This document shows, piece by piece, positions 26,641-34,687 of a DNA stretch of 39,470 bases (position 1 is its first letter; the number at the start of each line of letters is the position of its first letter). The DNA lies in assembly GCA_021783935.1 (NCBI GenBank), contig JAJXTK010000001.1, positions 1 to 39,470 on the forward strand. Direction: 5' to 3'. The notes below the pieces were generated by a model, which saw only the letters and a list, made by a program, of their open reading frames with translations, was not told the DNA's origin and made no database searches. The translations under genes and the position numbers were made by a program. Origin of the DNA: Myxococcales bacterium. Its GTDB lineage: Bacteria > Myxococcota_A > Polyangia > Polyangiales > JADJMO01.

Positions 26641-27015
26641 ATGGACACACTCGACCGCCTGCCCGTCCCGGTGGTCGCGCCCGTCCTCGTGCGCGCGGTC
26701 GACGGACTGCCGCTCGGGGATCCGGAGCGATCCCTGCTCGCCTACTTCGACGGCCTGCACACGATCGACGAGATCGCCAGCGAGAGCGGGAGCTCCGCGC
26801 TGCAGGTGCGCGCGCTCGTCTCGGATCTCGTCTGGTTCGGCGCCGTCGCGCTCGAGGAGGTGATGCAGGTCGCCGAAGGCGAGCTCTTCGCGAACGAGCC
26901 GGAACAGCTCACGCCAGGCTGCGAGATCGCGGCGCGGGCGCCGGCGCGCCCCTCGGCGACCGACGCGTCGATCGAGGCGGCGCTGCGCACGCTCCTCGAC
27001 AAGTACGACGCGTGA
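26641..27015 (+). CDS. hypothetical protein (124 aa)
   Basis: ATG 26641: MDTLDRLPVPVVAPVLVRAVDGLPLGDPERSLLAYFDGLHTIDEIASESGSSALQVRALVSDLVWFGAVALEE.... Plausible composition and GC3. It lies 74 nt downstream of the fusion gene. The family is not recognised. Confidence 0.5.
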   Translation: MDTLDRLPVPVVAPVLVRAVDGLPLGDPERSLLAYFDGLHTIDEIASESGSSALQVRALVSDLVWFGAVALEEVMQVAEGELFANEPEQLTPGCEIAARAPARPSATDASIEAALRTLLDKYDA

Positions 27016-27057
27016 GCAGGCCAGGCGCGCGAGCGCCTCGACGCCACGCCGAGCGTC

Positions 27058-28149
27058 TCAGCTGCCGCAGCGCGCCCCGCGCACCTCGCCGAGCGCGCGG
27101 GCGATCGCGACCGAGTCCTGCTCGCCGACCAGGCGATCGACCTCGCCGCCCGCCGCGTCGACCGACACGAAGGTCGGCACCACGCGCACGCCGTAGCGCG
27201 AGGCGAGGCCGGCGCCGTTCGGATCGTCGACGCGCACGCGCAGGACGCTCTCGGCAGCGTCGCACGAGCGGGCGACCCGCTCGAGCACCGGGGCCATGCG
27301 GGCGCAGACGACGCAGTGGTCGCTCACGAACTCGACCAGGCGCGGCTTGCCCGTGATCGCCTCCGCGCTCGGCGCGCCGAGCGTGGGGATCGCCGCGGCG
27401 CACGCCGACGCGGAGGCCGAGGTCGCGCAGTCGCTGGTCGCGACGGCCGCGGGCGCCGCTGCCTTGGGGGTGAGCGCGGCGAGGCGATCGGTGGCGAGCA
27501 GCACGCCGACCGCCACGAGCACGCCGCCGGTCACTCGCTGCAAGCGCGCGCCGGCGCTGGCGAAGCGCCGGACGATCGGCACGATCCTCGAGGCGGCGAA
27601 GGCAGCCGCGACGAGCGGCGTCGCGAGCCCCGCGGCGTAGGCGGCGAGCTGCGCGCCCGCGATCCACGGGCTCGCGCTGGTGCTCGCGGCGTACGTCAGC
27701 GCCGCGCCGAGCACCGGCCCCACGCACGGCGTCCAGCCGACCGCGAAGGCCGCGCCGAACAATAGGCCGCCGAAGAAGCCGCCCGGCGTGGGGATGCGCT
27801 CGAGCAGCGGGCGTCGCTCCGCATGCAGACCGGGGAGCTTGATGACGTCGAGCAGCTGGACGCCGAAGAGGATCATCACGCCGCCGGCGACCCACCCGAA
27901 CGCCCGCCGGTGCGCGAGCAGCGGCGCGGCCAAGAGCGACGCGAAGACGCCGAGCACGATGAAGACCGCCGCGAGCCCTATCGCGAAGCCGAGCCCCGCT
28001 CGACGTAGGCGACCTGGCCGCGCGACGCCGTCGGTCGCCGCCGCGCCGCCGAGCAGCGCGACGTAGACGGGCAGCAACGGCAACACGCACGGCGAAGCGA
28101 AGGTGAGAAGCCCCGCGCCGTACAGAGCGAGGGCGCCACCGATGGACAT
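27058..28149 (-). CDS. CcdA/DsbD-type thiol:disulfide transfer membrane protein fused to a C-terminal thioredoxin-like domain
   Basis: LTFASPCVLPLLPVYVALLGG and WTPCVGPVLGAAL (the two CcdA cysteines). C-terminal EFVSDHCVVCARMAPVLE (CxxC). GAGGAGGAG RBS before ATG 28149. Confidence 0.85.
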   Translation of the reverse strand: MSIGGALALYGAGLLTFASPCVLPLLPVYVALLGGAAATDGVARPGRLRRAGLGFAIGLAAVFIVLGVFASLLAAPLLAHRRAFGWVAGGVMILFGVQLLDVIKLPGLHAERRPLLERIPTPGGFFGGLLFGAAFAVGWTPCVGPVLGAALTYAASTSASPWIAGAQLAAYAAGLATPLVAAAFAASRIVPIVRRFASAGARLQRVTGGVLVAVGVLLATDRLAALTPKAAAPAAVATSDCATSASASACAAAIPTLGAPSAEAITGKPRLVEFVSDHCVVCARMAPVLERVARSCDAAESVLRVRVDDPNGAGLASRYGVRVVPTFVSVDAAGGEVDRLVGEQDSVAIARALGEVRGARCGS

Positions 28150-28167
28150 CGACTCCTCCTCGCCCGC

Positions 28168-28599
28168 TCAGTCGAGCGCGACGTCGACGTCGACCGAGAT
28201 GCCGGCCCGGACCGACTGCGTCACGATGCAGAACTCCTCGAAGCTCGGGATGCAGGCCTGCACGGCCGCGCCGTCGGCGCCCGGCGCGTGGACCGTGACG
28301 TGGATCTTTCCGATTCGCAGGCGCTTGTGCTCGTTGCGCACGATCTCGACCTCGACGTCCGATCGCACGCCGGTGAGCGCGGCCCCCTTCTTCTTCGCGC
28401 AGAACACGAGGCTCGCAGCGAGGCAGTTGCCGACCGCCGCCGCGAGCACGCGCGCCGCGTTCGGGGCGGCGTCGCGGCCGAGGGGCGCCGGCTCGTCGAG
28501 CGTGATCGCCGCGTGCTGCGGCTTGTCGAAGCGCACGCGGAACTCGTACTGGTCGAGCTGCTCGACGGCGATTGCGAACTTCTGCACGACCTCGCTCAT
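28168..28599 (-). CDS. OsmC/Ohr family peroxiredoxin-like protein
   Basis: ATG 28599 (MSEVVQKF...) with a GGGAGAA RBS. AAAVGNCLAASLVFC and FEEFCIVTQSV are the two OsmC-family cysteines. Confidence 0.85.
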   Translation of the reverse strand: MSEVVQKFAIAVEQLDQYEFRVRFDKPQHAAITLDEPAPLGRDAAPNAARVLAAAVGNCLAASLVFCAKKKGAALTGVRSDVEVEIVRNEHKRLRIGKIHVTVHAPGADGAAVQACIPSFEEFCIVTQSVRAGISVDVDVALD

Positions 28600-28802
28600 G
28601 GGTGGGTTCTCCCTTCGTACTCTGTGTCCGAGCCACGCACGGCCTTGCGGGGTTCGCCCGGCGCGTCGAACGAGAGTACGCGGCGTGGCCGCCATGGGCT
28701 TCGCGGCGCGGCTCGGGGCCCCGACCCGAACCCTTCGGCGATCTCGCAGGCTCCCAGCGCGCGAGGTCTCCGCCGCGAGGGAAGAGCTGCGATGTCACAC
28801 AC

Positions 28803-29585
28803 GTGGACGAGTCGAGCCGTGCCAAGGGGAAGCTGCTGCGCTCGGGTCCGTTCCGGTGGACCGGCATGCCGGAGGAGCCGTGGCTGACGACGTGGCTGCC
28901 GCCCGACTACGACGCGTCGGACCGGCGCTACCCGCTCGCGATCTTCTTCGACGGGCAGAATATGTGGGACGACGAGGGGTCGTACCGCGGCGGCTGGCAG
29001 CTGCACCGGCTGCTCGACTGGCGCGCCTGCGCCGGCAAGCGCGTGCCGATCGCCGTCGCGATCGACACAGCCGGCTGGTCGCGCAATGAGATCCTCTCGC
29101 CGTGGTCGCGCGACGGCGCCATGGCGCGCGGCGATCGCATGCTCGACTGGCTCGCCTTCTGGCTCGTCCCCTCGCTGCGCGCGCAGCTGCGCGTCGAGCC
29201 CGGCCCCGAGGCCGTGTGGATCGGCGGCTCCTCGCTCGGCGGGCTGCTCTCGCTCTATGCCTTCGCGCGCAGCCCCGACGCGTTCGGGGGCGCGATCGCC
29301 ATGTCGCCGTCGATCGGCCTGCCGGGCGGGCGGCACGGCCCCATCCACGAGCTCATGGCCAGCGCGCCGCGGCTAGGGCGTCGCATCTACATGGACGCCG
29401 GTGCGCGCGAGTGCGAGTGCACGAGCATCATGCAGCACACCGGCGAGCTCGCCGCGCTCCTCGAGCGCCGCGGCTACCGCGCGGGCGACGACCTGCTCTT
29501 CTACGCCGACCCCGACGGCGCGCACGACGAGCAGAGCTGGAAGCGCCGCTTGCCGATCGCGCTCGACTTCATGCTCGGCGGCTAG
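28803..29585 (+). CDS. alpha/beta-hydrolase 'putative esterase' family protein
   Basis: WLPPDYDASDRRYPLAIFFDGQN and the nucleophile elbow IGGSSLGGLLSLYA, with GAHDEQSW near the C-terminus. The start is uncertain (GTG 28803 or ATG 28866). The TAG stop lies inside the repeat element. Confidence 0.8.
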   Translation: MDESSRAKGKLLRSGPFRWTGMPEEPWLTTWLPPDYDASDRRYPLAIFFDGQNMWDDEGSYRGGWQLHRLLDWRACAGKRVPIAVAIDTAGWSRNEILSPWSRDGAMARGDRMLDWLAFWLVPSLRAQLRVEPGPEAVWIGGSSLGGLLSLYAFARSPDAFGGAIAMSPSIGLPGGRHGPIHELMASAPRLGRRIYMDAGARECECTSIMQHTGELAALLERRGYRAGDDLLFYADPDGAHDEQSWKRRLPIALDFMLGG

Positions 29586-29707
29586 CAGGCCGTTGAGAAA
29601 CGGCCTGCGGAAACTGTGACCGTCAGCAGGCTGTGGTCGATCGCGCGGGAGCTCGCGGCATGACCCGGGAGAGGATCGGCCGGTCTCGGAGAAACTCCAC
29701 AGCCTGC
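29581..29707 (+). repeat. copy 2 of the 127/128-nt structured repeat, with 12-nt terminal inverted repeats (11/12 match)
   Basis: Near-identical to 7901-8028. The ends are GCTAGCAGGCCG ... CAGCCTGCTAGC. The element begins 2 nt before the esterase stop codon and supplies that TAG. Confidence 0.85.
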
Positions 29708-29957
29708 TAGCGCTGCTGCCCCAGATTCGAGTCTGGTTGCCGTCCCTCGAATGCCCCCGCCCCGCCCCTGCCATCGCTGTGCGGTGGAGGGTGATGGGTC
29801 CAATCTCCGCGGCCTCGACTCCCTTGTCCCGCACCGCGGGGGAAGGGCTGAGGATGAGGGCTGCGGCAATCCATCGAGGAGCGCGCGCAGGGGCGGATCC
29901 CGCCCCCCCCGAACCCTCCCGCGGCTCGCGGGCTCTCATCGTGCCAGGAGCCCATCG

Positions 29958-30344
29958 ATGCCGACCCTGCCGATCACCGAAGCCTCCTTCGCCGAAGCCG
30001 TGAAGGCGCCCGGCGTCCTGCTGATCGACTGGTGGGCCCCGTGGTGCGCGCCTTGCCGTATGTTCGCGCCGATCTACGAAAAGGTTTCGGCGCGCCACCC
30101 CGACGTGCGCTTCGCGAAGGTCGACACCGAGTCGCAGCCGCGCCTCGCGTCGATCTTCCAGATCCGATCGATCCCGACGCTCATGGTGGTCAAAGACGGC
30201 CGCGTCGTCTTCTCCGAGGCGGGCATGATGCAGGAGCGCCCGCTCGAGGGGCTCGTGAAGTGGGCAAAGGAGCTCGACCTCTCCAAGCTCACCGCCGGCC
30301 AGCTCCCCCAACGGCCGCGCCCGCCGACGCCCCTCGATCGATAG
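29958..30344 (+). CDS. thioredoxin
   Basis: LIDWWAPWCAPCRMFAPIYEKV (WCxPC) and IRSIPTLMVVKDG. AGGAG RBS 8 nt before ATG 29958. The upstream part of track ORF 29751..30344 is not coding-like. Confidence 0.9.
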   Translation: MPTLPITEASFAEAVKAPGVLLIDWWAPWCAPCRMFAPIYEKVSARHPDVRFAKVDTESQPRLASIFQIRSIPTLMVVKDGRVVFSEAGMMQERPLEGLVKWAKELDLSKLTAGQLPQRPRPPTPLDR

Positions 30345-30418
30345 CGTGATCGATGGCGTGATCGATGGCGTGATCGATGGCGTGATCGATGGCGTGATCG
30401 ATGGCGTGATCGATGGCG
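30335..30418. repeat. 12-nt tandem repeat, six perfect TGATCGATGGCG units plus one degenerate unit
   Basis: Perfect units at 30347, 30359, 30371, 30383, 30395 and 30407. The degenerate unit CGATCGATAGCG (30335-30346) contains the thioredoxin TAG stop. Each unit carries the ATCGAT palindrome and a GATC. Confidence 0.95.
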
Positions 30419-30666
30419 TCGCGGCCTCGTCCTCCCCAGCGCTCCGCGACGCGGCGCGCTCGAACCCTTCCTCGCGCGAGCGGCTCCCACTCCACGAGCG
30501 GGCGCGCTCCACGCCGTACGTCGTCGCTGGTCCCCCGGTCTTCGGCGTTTCGTGATCCTCCCCTCCGGGCGCGCCCGCTCACCTAGCTTCGTCACCGGCG
30601 ACGCTCACCGCCGCCGAGCGCCCCGACGCGCGCCGCACGCGCGCTCTCACCCTCTTCGGAGGTCTC

Positions 30667-31686
30667 ATGCTCGCCCGCATCGAGAAGGCGACCGCCTTCG
30701 TCAGCACCCACCTGACCAAGTTCATCCTCGCGGTCATGGTCCTCGGGCTCCTCAACGCCTACTTCCTGGGCGGGATCCCGTTCAACCTCGCAATCTGCGC
30801 GACCGCGTCGTTCCTGATGATTTACCCGATGTTCATCAACCTGAAGATCGGGGACATCGTCGAGGGGAAGAACCACAAGGCGGCGCTGCTGCTGAGCCTC
30901 GTGCTCAACTTCGCGCTCTCGCCGGCGCTCGCGTGGGGGCTCGGCAAGCTGTTCCTCGCGGACCAGCCCTACATGGCCTTGGGCCTCGTGCTGATCTCAC
31001 TGATCCCGACGAGCGGCATGACGGCGACCTGGACCGAGCGCTCCAAGGGCAACCTCAAGGTCGCGCTCTCGATCATCGCCGTGAGCCTGCTGGTGGTGAT
31101 CCTCGCGCTGCCGCTCGTGCTCCCGCGCATGGCGGGCAACCTGATGAGCGCGGGGCCGTTCTTCATCTTCCAGCGGATCCTGATGGTCATCGTGATCCCG
31201 CTGGTGCTCGGCGACGTCACGCGCCGGATCATCGTCGCGAAGAAGGGGCAGCCCTACTACAAGTCGAAGAAGCCGCTGTTCTCGGGCCTCAGCAGCACCG
31301 GCCTGTTGTTCGTGCTCTTCCTGATCATGTCGCTGAGCGCCAACAAGCTGCTGGTCACCAACGCCGCGCTCGTCGTCAAGGGGGTCGTCCCGCTGCTCAT
31401 CTACTACGTGGTCATGTTCGGCACGAGCACGCTGCTCTCGCGGGGCTTCGGCCACGGCGTCTCGACGGCGATCGTCTACGGCACCTCGGTGCGCTACCTC
31501 GCCCTCGCGCTCGGAATCGCGGTCCCGCTGCTCGGCAGCGGCAAAGAGAGCAGCCTCGTGGTCTTCGTCGTCGCGCTCGCGTTCTTCATCCAGGTGCCGG
31601 CGGCGTCGCTCTACGCGAAGTGGGTCACGCGGCGCGCGCCTGCCCCCACGACGCCTCCCGCCCAAGCGGCGACGGGCACCGCGTAG
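30667..31686 (+). CDS. ACR3/BASS-superfamily permease (ACR3-like, lacking the ACR3 cysteine)
   Basis: Ten-TM-like hydrophobic profile. MIYPMFINLKIGD and LISLIPTSGMTATWTERSKGN resemble the ACR3 segments (mYPmm.kv; PC[TI]AMV.vW..la.Gd), but with T-S-G in place of C-T-A. GGAGG RBS 5 nt before the ATG. Confidence 0.75.
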   Translation: MLARIEKATAFVSTHLTKFILAVMVLGLLNAYFLGGIPFNLAICATASFLMIYPMFINLKIGDIVEGKNHKAALLLSLVLNFALSPALAWGLGKLFLADQPYMALGLVLISLIPTSGMTATWTERSKGNLKVALSIIAVSLLVVILALPLVLPRMAGNLMSAGPFFIFQRILMVIVIPLVLGDVTRRIIVAKKGQPYYKSKKPLFSGLSSTGLLFVLFLIMSLSANKLLVTNAALVVKGVVPLLIYYVVMFGTSTLLSRGFGHGVSTAIVYGTSVRYLALALGIAVPLLGSGKESSLVVFVVALAFFIQVPAASLYAKWVTRRAPAPTTPPAQAATGTA

Positions 31687-31893
31687 TCCTCGACGGATCC
31701 CGCGTCGGCGAGAGCGCGCCGGCGCCAAAAACACGAAGGCGCGAAGGGACAAAGAGCCCCTCGCGCCTTCGCTCGTTGGCGTCGACTCAAGCCGCGCGCT
31801 CCCTCGAGCCCGCCGCGCGGGCGCGAGACGCGCTCGACATCGCGCCACGTGAGCGTCCGCGGCGCCCCTCGGCCCGCTGGCGCTCGCGCGGCG

Positions 31894-32034
31894 TCACTGC
31901 ATCGAGCGGCGTGAGTCGGGGTCGTTGACGTTGCTCGGCGTGTTCGGGTCCTGCTTCTGCCCCTGCTTGTCGCCGCAAGCGGCGAGGGCCGAGGAGACGA
32001 GCACGAGAGCCAGCATCCAGCGGAAGGTTCGCAT
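31894..32034 (-). CDS. small (46 aa) putative lipoprotein
   Basis: Not in the track because it is too short. My translation: MRTFRWMLALVLVSSALAACGDKQGQKQDPNTPSNVNDPDSRRSMQ, a signal peptide with lipobox LAAC. AAGGAG lies 12 nt upstream. Confidence 0.45.
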   Translation of the reverse strand: MRTFRWMLALVLVSSALAACGDKQGQKQDPNTPSNVNDPDSRRSMQ

Positions 32035-32238
32035 GCGTCATTGATGCTCCTTGAAGGCCGCACGCGCAAGCCTCTATTGCCGCGGCAGCTTGCCGATCGG
32101 CGCCCCGTCGGTCGGCCCGCCGGAGGGGGCGTCGCCACCGGCGTGGGGCCCCGCCGGGGCGACGCGCCGGAGGCGAGCCGAATTGATGGGCCTCGGCCTT
32201 GAGGCGCGCCCCCCACGCGCCAAACTCGACGCCGACGC

Positions 32239-33420
32239 GTGCAGAACGAGCCCGACCGACGCCCGAGCATCACGAGCGGCGCCATCTTCCGCCTCGCCCT
32301 GTACTACGGCATCGCGGGGTTCGGCGGCGGCTACTCGGTGCTGGCGCAGCTGCGCCACGAGCTCGTCGAGCAGCGGCGATGGATCGAGGCCGAGGAGTTC
32401 CTCGTCCTGGCCGAGCTCTCGAAGAGCCTCCCCGGCACCCCCGCGACGAGCCTGCTCGCGCTCTTGGGGCAGCGCGTCGGCGGCGTACGCGGCGGAGTCG
32501 TCGCCGCGACCGCGTTCCTGCTGCCGAGCATGGCGCTGATGACCGCCGCGGGGGCGGCCTACTCGCTCATGCGCGGCGCGAACGCCCTCGCGTCGTTCTT
32601 CGACGGCATGAACGCGGCCATGGTGGGCGTGGTCGCCGCGACGACGGTGGACCTCGGGCGCACCGCCCTGCGCGGCCGCTGGGACGTGGTCGCCGCGATC
32701 GGCGCGGCCCTCGCGCTCGCCACGCGGGTCACGAGCGAGCCGCTGCTCGCCGCCGGCGCGATCGGCGTGGGGGTGGCCATGGGCGCGCGCCGCGCTCCCC
32801 CGCGCTCGCAGGTGCCCGACCAGGAGGGGGCGGGCAACGGACTGCACGCGATCGCCTTGCTGCCGCTGCTTGTGGGCGCCGGCGCCGGGGCGCTCGCGGG
32901 GCTGGTGCGCGTCTTCGTGCCGATCGGCATCGCGACGTTCGGCGGCGGGCTCGCCATGGTCCCGGCGATCGAGCACACCGTCGTCGTCGAGGAGCACTGG
33001 CTCGGACCCAAGACCTTCGCCGACGCCGTCGCGCTCGGGCAGATCACCCCCGGGCCCATCGCGATCTGCGCCACGTTCATCGGCTACCGCGTCGGCGGGC
33101 TGCTCGGGGCGCTCATCGCCACGATCGCGATGTTCGGCCCCGCGATCGCGCTGGCCCTCGTCGTCGGCCACTCGATCGAGCGCTTCCGCAGCAGCCCACT
33201 CGTGCAGGGGGCGCTGCGCGCGCTCGCCCCGGCGGTGATCGGCATGCTCGCGGCCGCCACCTGGAGCCTCGGCCGCGCGGGGATCGCGGGGTGGTTCGAC
33301 GCGGGCGTCGGGCTCGTGGCCTTCGGCGTCCTCGCCCGATCGAAGGTCAGCCCGCTCTGGCTGCTGGTCGGCGGCGGGCTCGCGCGCGTGGCGCTCTCGC
33401 TGATCGGGCACCACGGCTGA
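32239..33420 (+). CDS. chrA: chromate ion transporter (CHR family, two-domain ChrA)
   Basis: Two CHR repeats: GIAGFGGGYSVLAQLRHELVEQRRWI...LPGTPAT and IATFGGGLAMVPAIEHTVVVEEHWL...LGQITPGPI. GTG start at 32239. Confidence 0.9.
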   Translation: MQNEPDRRPSITSGAIFRLALYYGIAGFGGGYSVLAQLRHELVEQRRWIEAEEFLVLAELSKSLPGTPATSLLALLGQRVGGVRGGVVAATAFLLPSMALMTAAGAAYSLMRGANALASFFDGMNAAMVGVVAATTVDLGRTALRGRWDVVAAIGAALALATRVTSEPLLAAGAIGVGVAMGARRAPPRSQVPDQEGAGNGLHAIALLPLLVGAGAGALAGLVRVFVPIGIATFGGGLAMVPAIEHTVVVEEHWLGPKTFADAVALGQITPGPIAICATFIGYRVGGLLGALIATIAMFGPAIALALVVGHSIERFRSSPLVQGALRALAPAVIGMLAAATWSLGRAGIAGWFDAGVGLVAFGVLARSKVSPLWLLVGGGLARVALSLIGHHG

Positions 33421-33609
33421 TGTCCCGCGGCAGCGCTCCGCCCGGTTCGGCCCCCGCGCGCCAGGGAAATGTGCCGGGGCTCGGGCGATATTCCTCCGGC
33501 GGCCTGACGGCCCCGCGTGGATCTCTGGTATTGGAAGACTGGACCGTCGCTTGCTCGACGGGAAGTCACGCGGCGCGCGGAAGCCGCGGCTCACCGAGGG
33601 GGTCATCCC

Positions 33610-34680
33610 ATGTCGGGCTGGATGCGAGCGGCGCTGATCGCCGCGTGGACGGGGTGCGTGTCGCTGTCGACCGAGGGGGCGCGAGCCGACGCGCCGGCGC
33701 GCGAGCGGGTGGTCCTCGAGAGCGGCGAGACGACCTCGGGCGCCCTCATCGAGCTGGTCCCAGGCGACCACATCACGATCATGCTGGCGAGCGGCGACAT
33801 CCAGCGCATCTCCTGGGGCCGCGTCGTCACGGCGACGACGATCACCGCGCGCGGCTCGACGACGATCACCGCGACCGGCGCCACGATCCCCTCCGACGGA
33901 CACGGCGACGACTCGACGCCGACGCCGCAGCCGGCGCCGCCACCATCGACCGAGCCGGCGCCGCCCCCGGATTCGCGCGCGCCGACCGTCTCGGTGGCGG
34001 TCTCGCGGTCGGGCGATGAGACGTCGGTCTGCACGACGGGAGTGGTCCCGGCCGAGGCCGACGGCGTTCCGCCATGCGCCGACGACGCCGCCGCGACGGC
34101 GATCGACGGTCGGATCGAGCCGCGACACCACCTGCCCGCCGACACCTCGACGCTCTTCGATGGCGGGCATTTCGGCCTCGGCTTGGGCTCCGGCATCGGC
34201 ACGCCGACCGGCTACCTCGGCGCGCTCGCCGTCATCGACCTCACCTCGTGGCTCGAGTTCGAAGGGGGCGCGGGCTTGGGCGGGAGCTTCGGTCACGCGC
34301 TCGCGGGCATGGCGCGGCTGCAGCTGCCGCTCGCCCACGTCATGCGCTTCGGGCTCGGGATCGGCATCTCGGAGAACTTCCTCTCCGACACGGACCGCGC
34401 CGCGGGGGCGCCCGCGAAGGCGCAGTTCTGGAACTTCGAGATCTCGCAAGATTACGCGATGAGCTCGAGCTCCTTCCTGCGCCTCACCGCCGGCTACGCG
34501 TGGCTCCACAACAGCGCAGACTTCGCGGCGATGTGCCCGAGCGGCGACATCGGCGGCAACTGCAACCCGATGCCGAGCGGCGTGACGATGGTCTCCCCCG
34601 CGAAGGCGGGGTGGGACGCGAGCAACCACAACGCGGTGTTCTTTCCCTATTTGGGGATGGAGGCGCTTTGGATGTTCTGA
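33610..34680 (+). CDS. secreted protein with Pro/Thr-rich linker and C-terminal beta-barrel-like domain
   Basis: ATG 33610 follows GAGGGGG and gives MSGWMRAALIAAWTGCVSLSTEGARA (signal peptide). The C-terminal half is Gly-rich with alternating pattern and ends ...ALWMF (terminal Phe). Confidence 0.6.
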   Translation: MSGWMRAALIAAWTGCVSLSTEGARADAPARERVVLESGETTSGALIELVPGDHITIMLASGDIQRISWGRVVTATTITARGSTTITATGATIPSDGHGDDSTPTPQPAPPPSTEPAPPPDSRAPTVSVAVSRSGDETSVCTTGVVPAEADGVPPCADDAAATAIDGRIEPRHHLPADTSTLFDGGHFGLGLGSGIGTPTGYLGALAVIDLTSWLEFEGGAGLGGSFGHALAGMARLQLPLAHVMRFGLGIGISENFLSDTDRAAGAPAKAQFWNFEISQDYAMSSSSFLRLTAGYAWLHNSADFAAMCPSGDIGGNCNPMPSGVTMVSPAKAGWDASNHNAVFFPYLGMEALWMF

Positions 34681-34687
34681 GCGCCGC

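Noticed and set aside
29581-29707. The structured repeat considered as a retron msr/msd (flanking inverted repeats, G after the left repeat) or as a riboswitch upstream of thioredoxin.
   Set aside because: No reverse transcriptase gene is adjacent to either copy. Copy 1 has no downstream same-strand gene, since the next gene is convergent. I could not match the sequence to the SAM, guanidine, cobalamin, c-di-GMP or SRP consensus sequences I know.
30335-30418. The 12-nt tandem array considered as a CRISPR array or as coding repeats (VIDG or ITPS).
   Set aside because: The units are contiguous with no spacers and are far shorter than CRISPR repeats. Both repeat-containing ORFs are artefacts: one is antisense to thioredoxin, the other is a short ORF with no start context.
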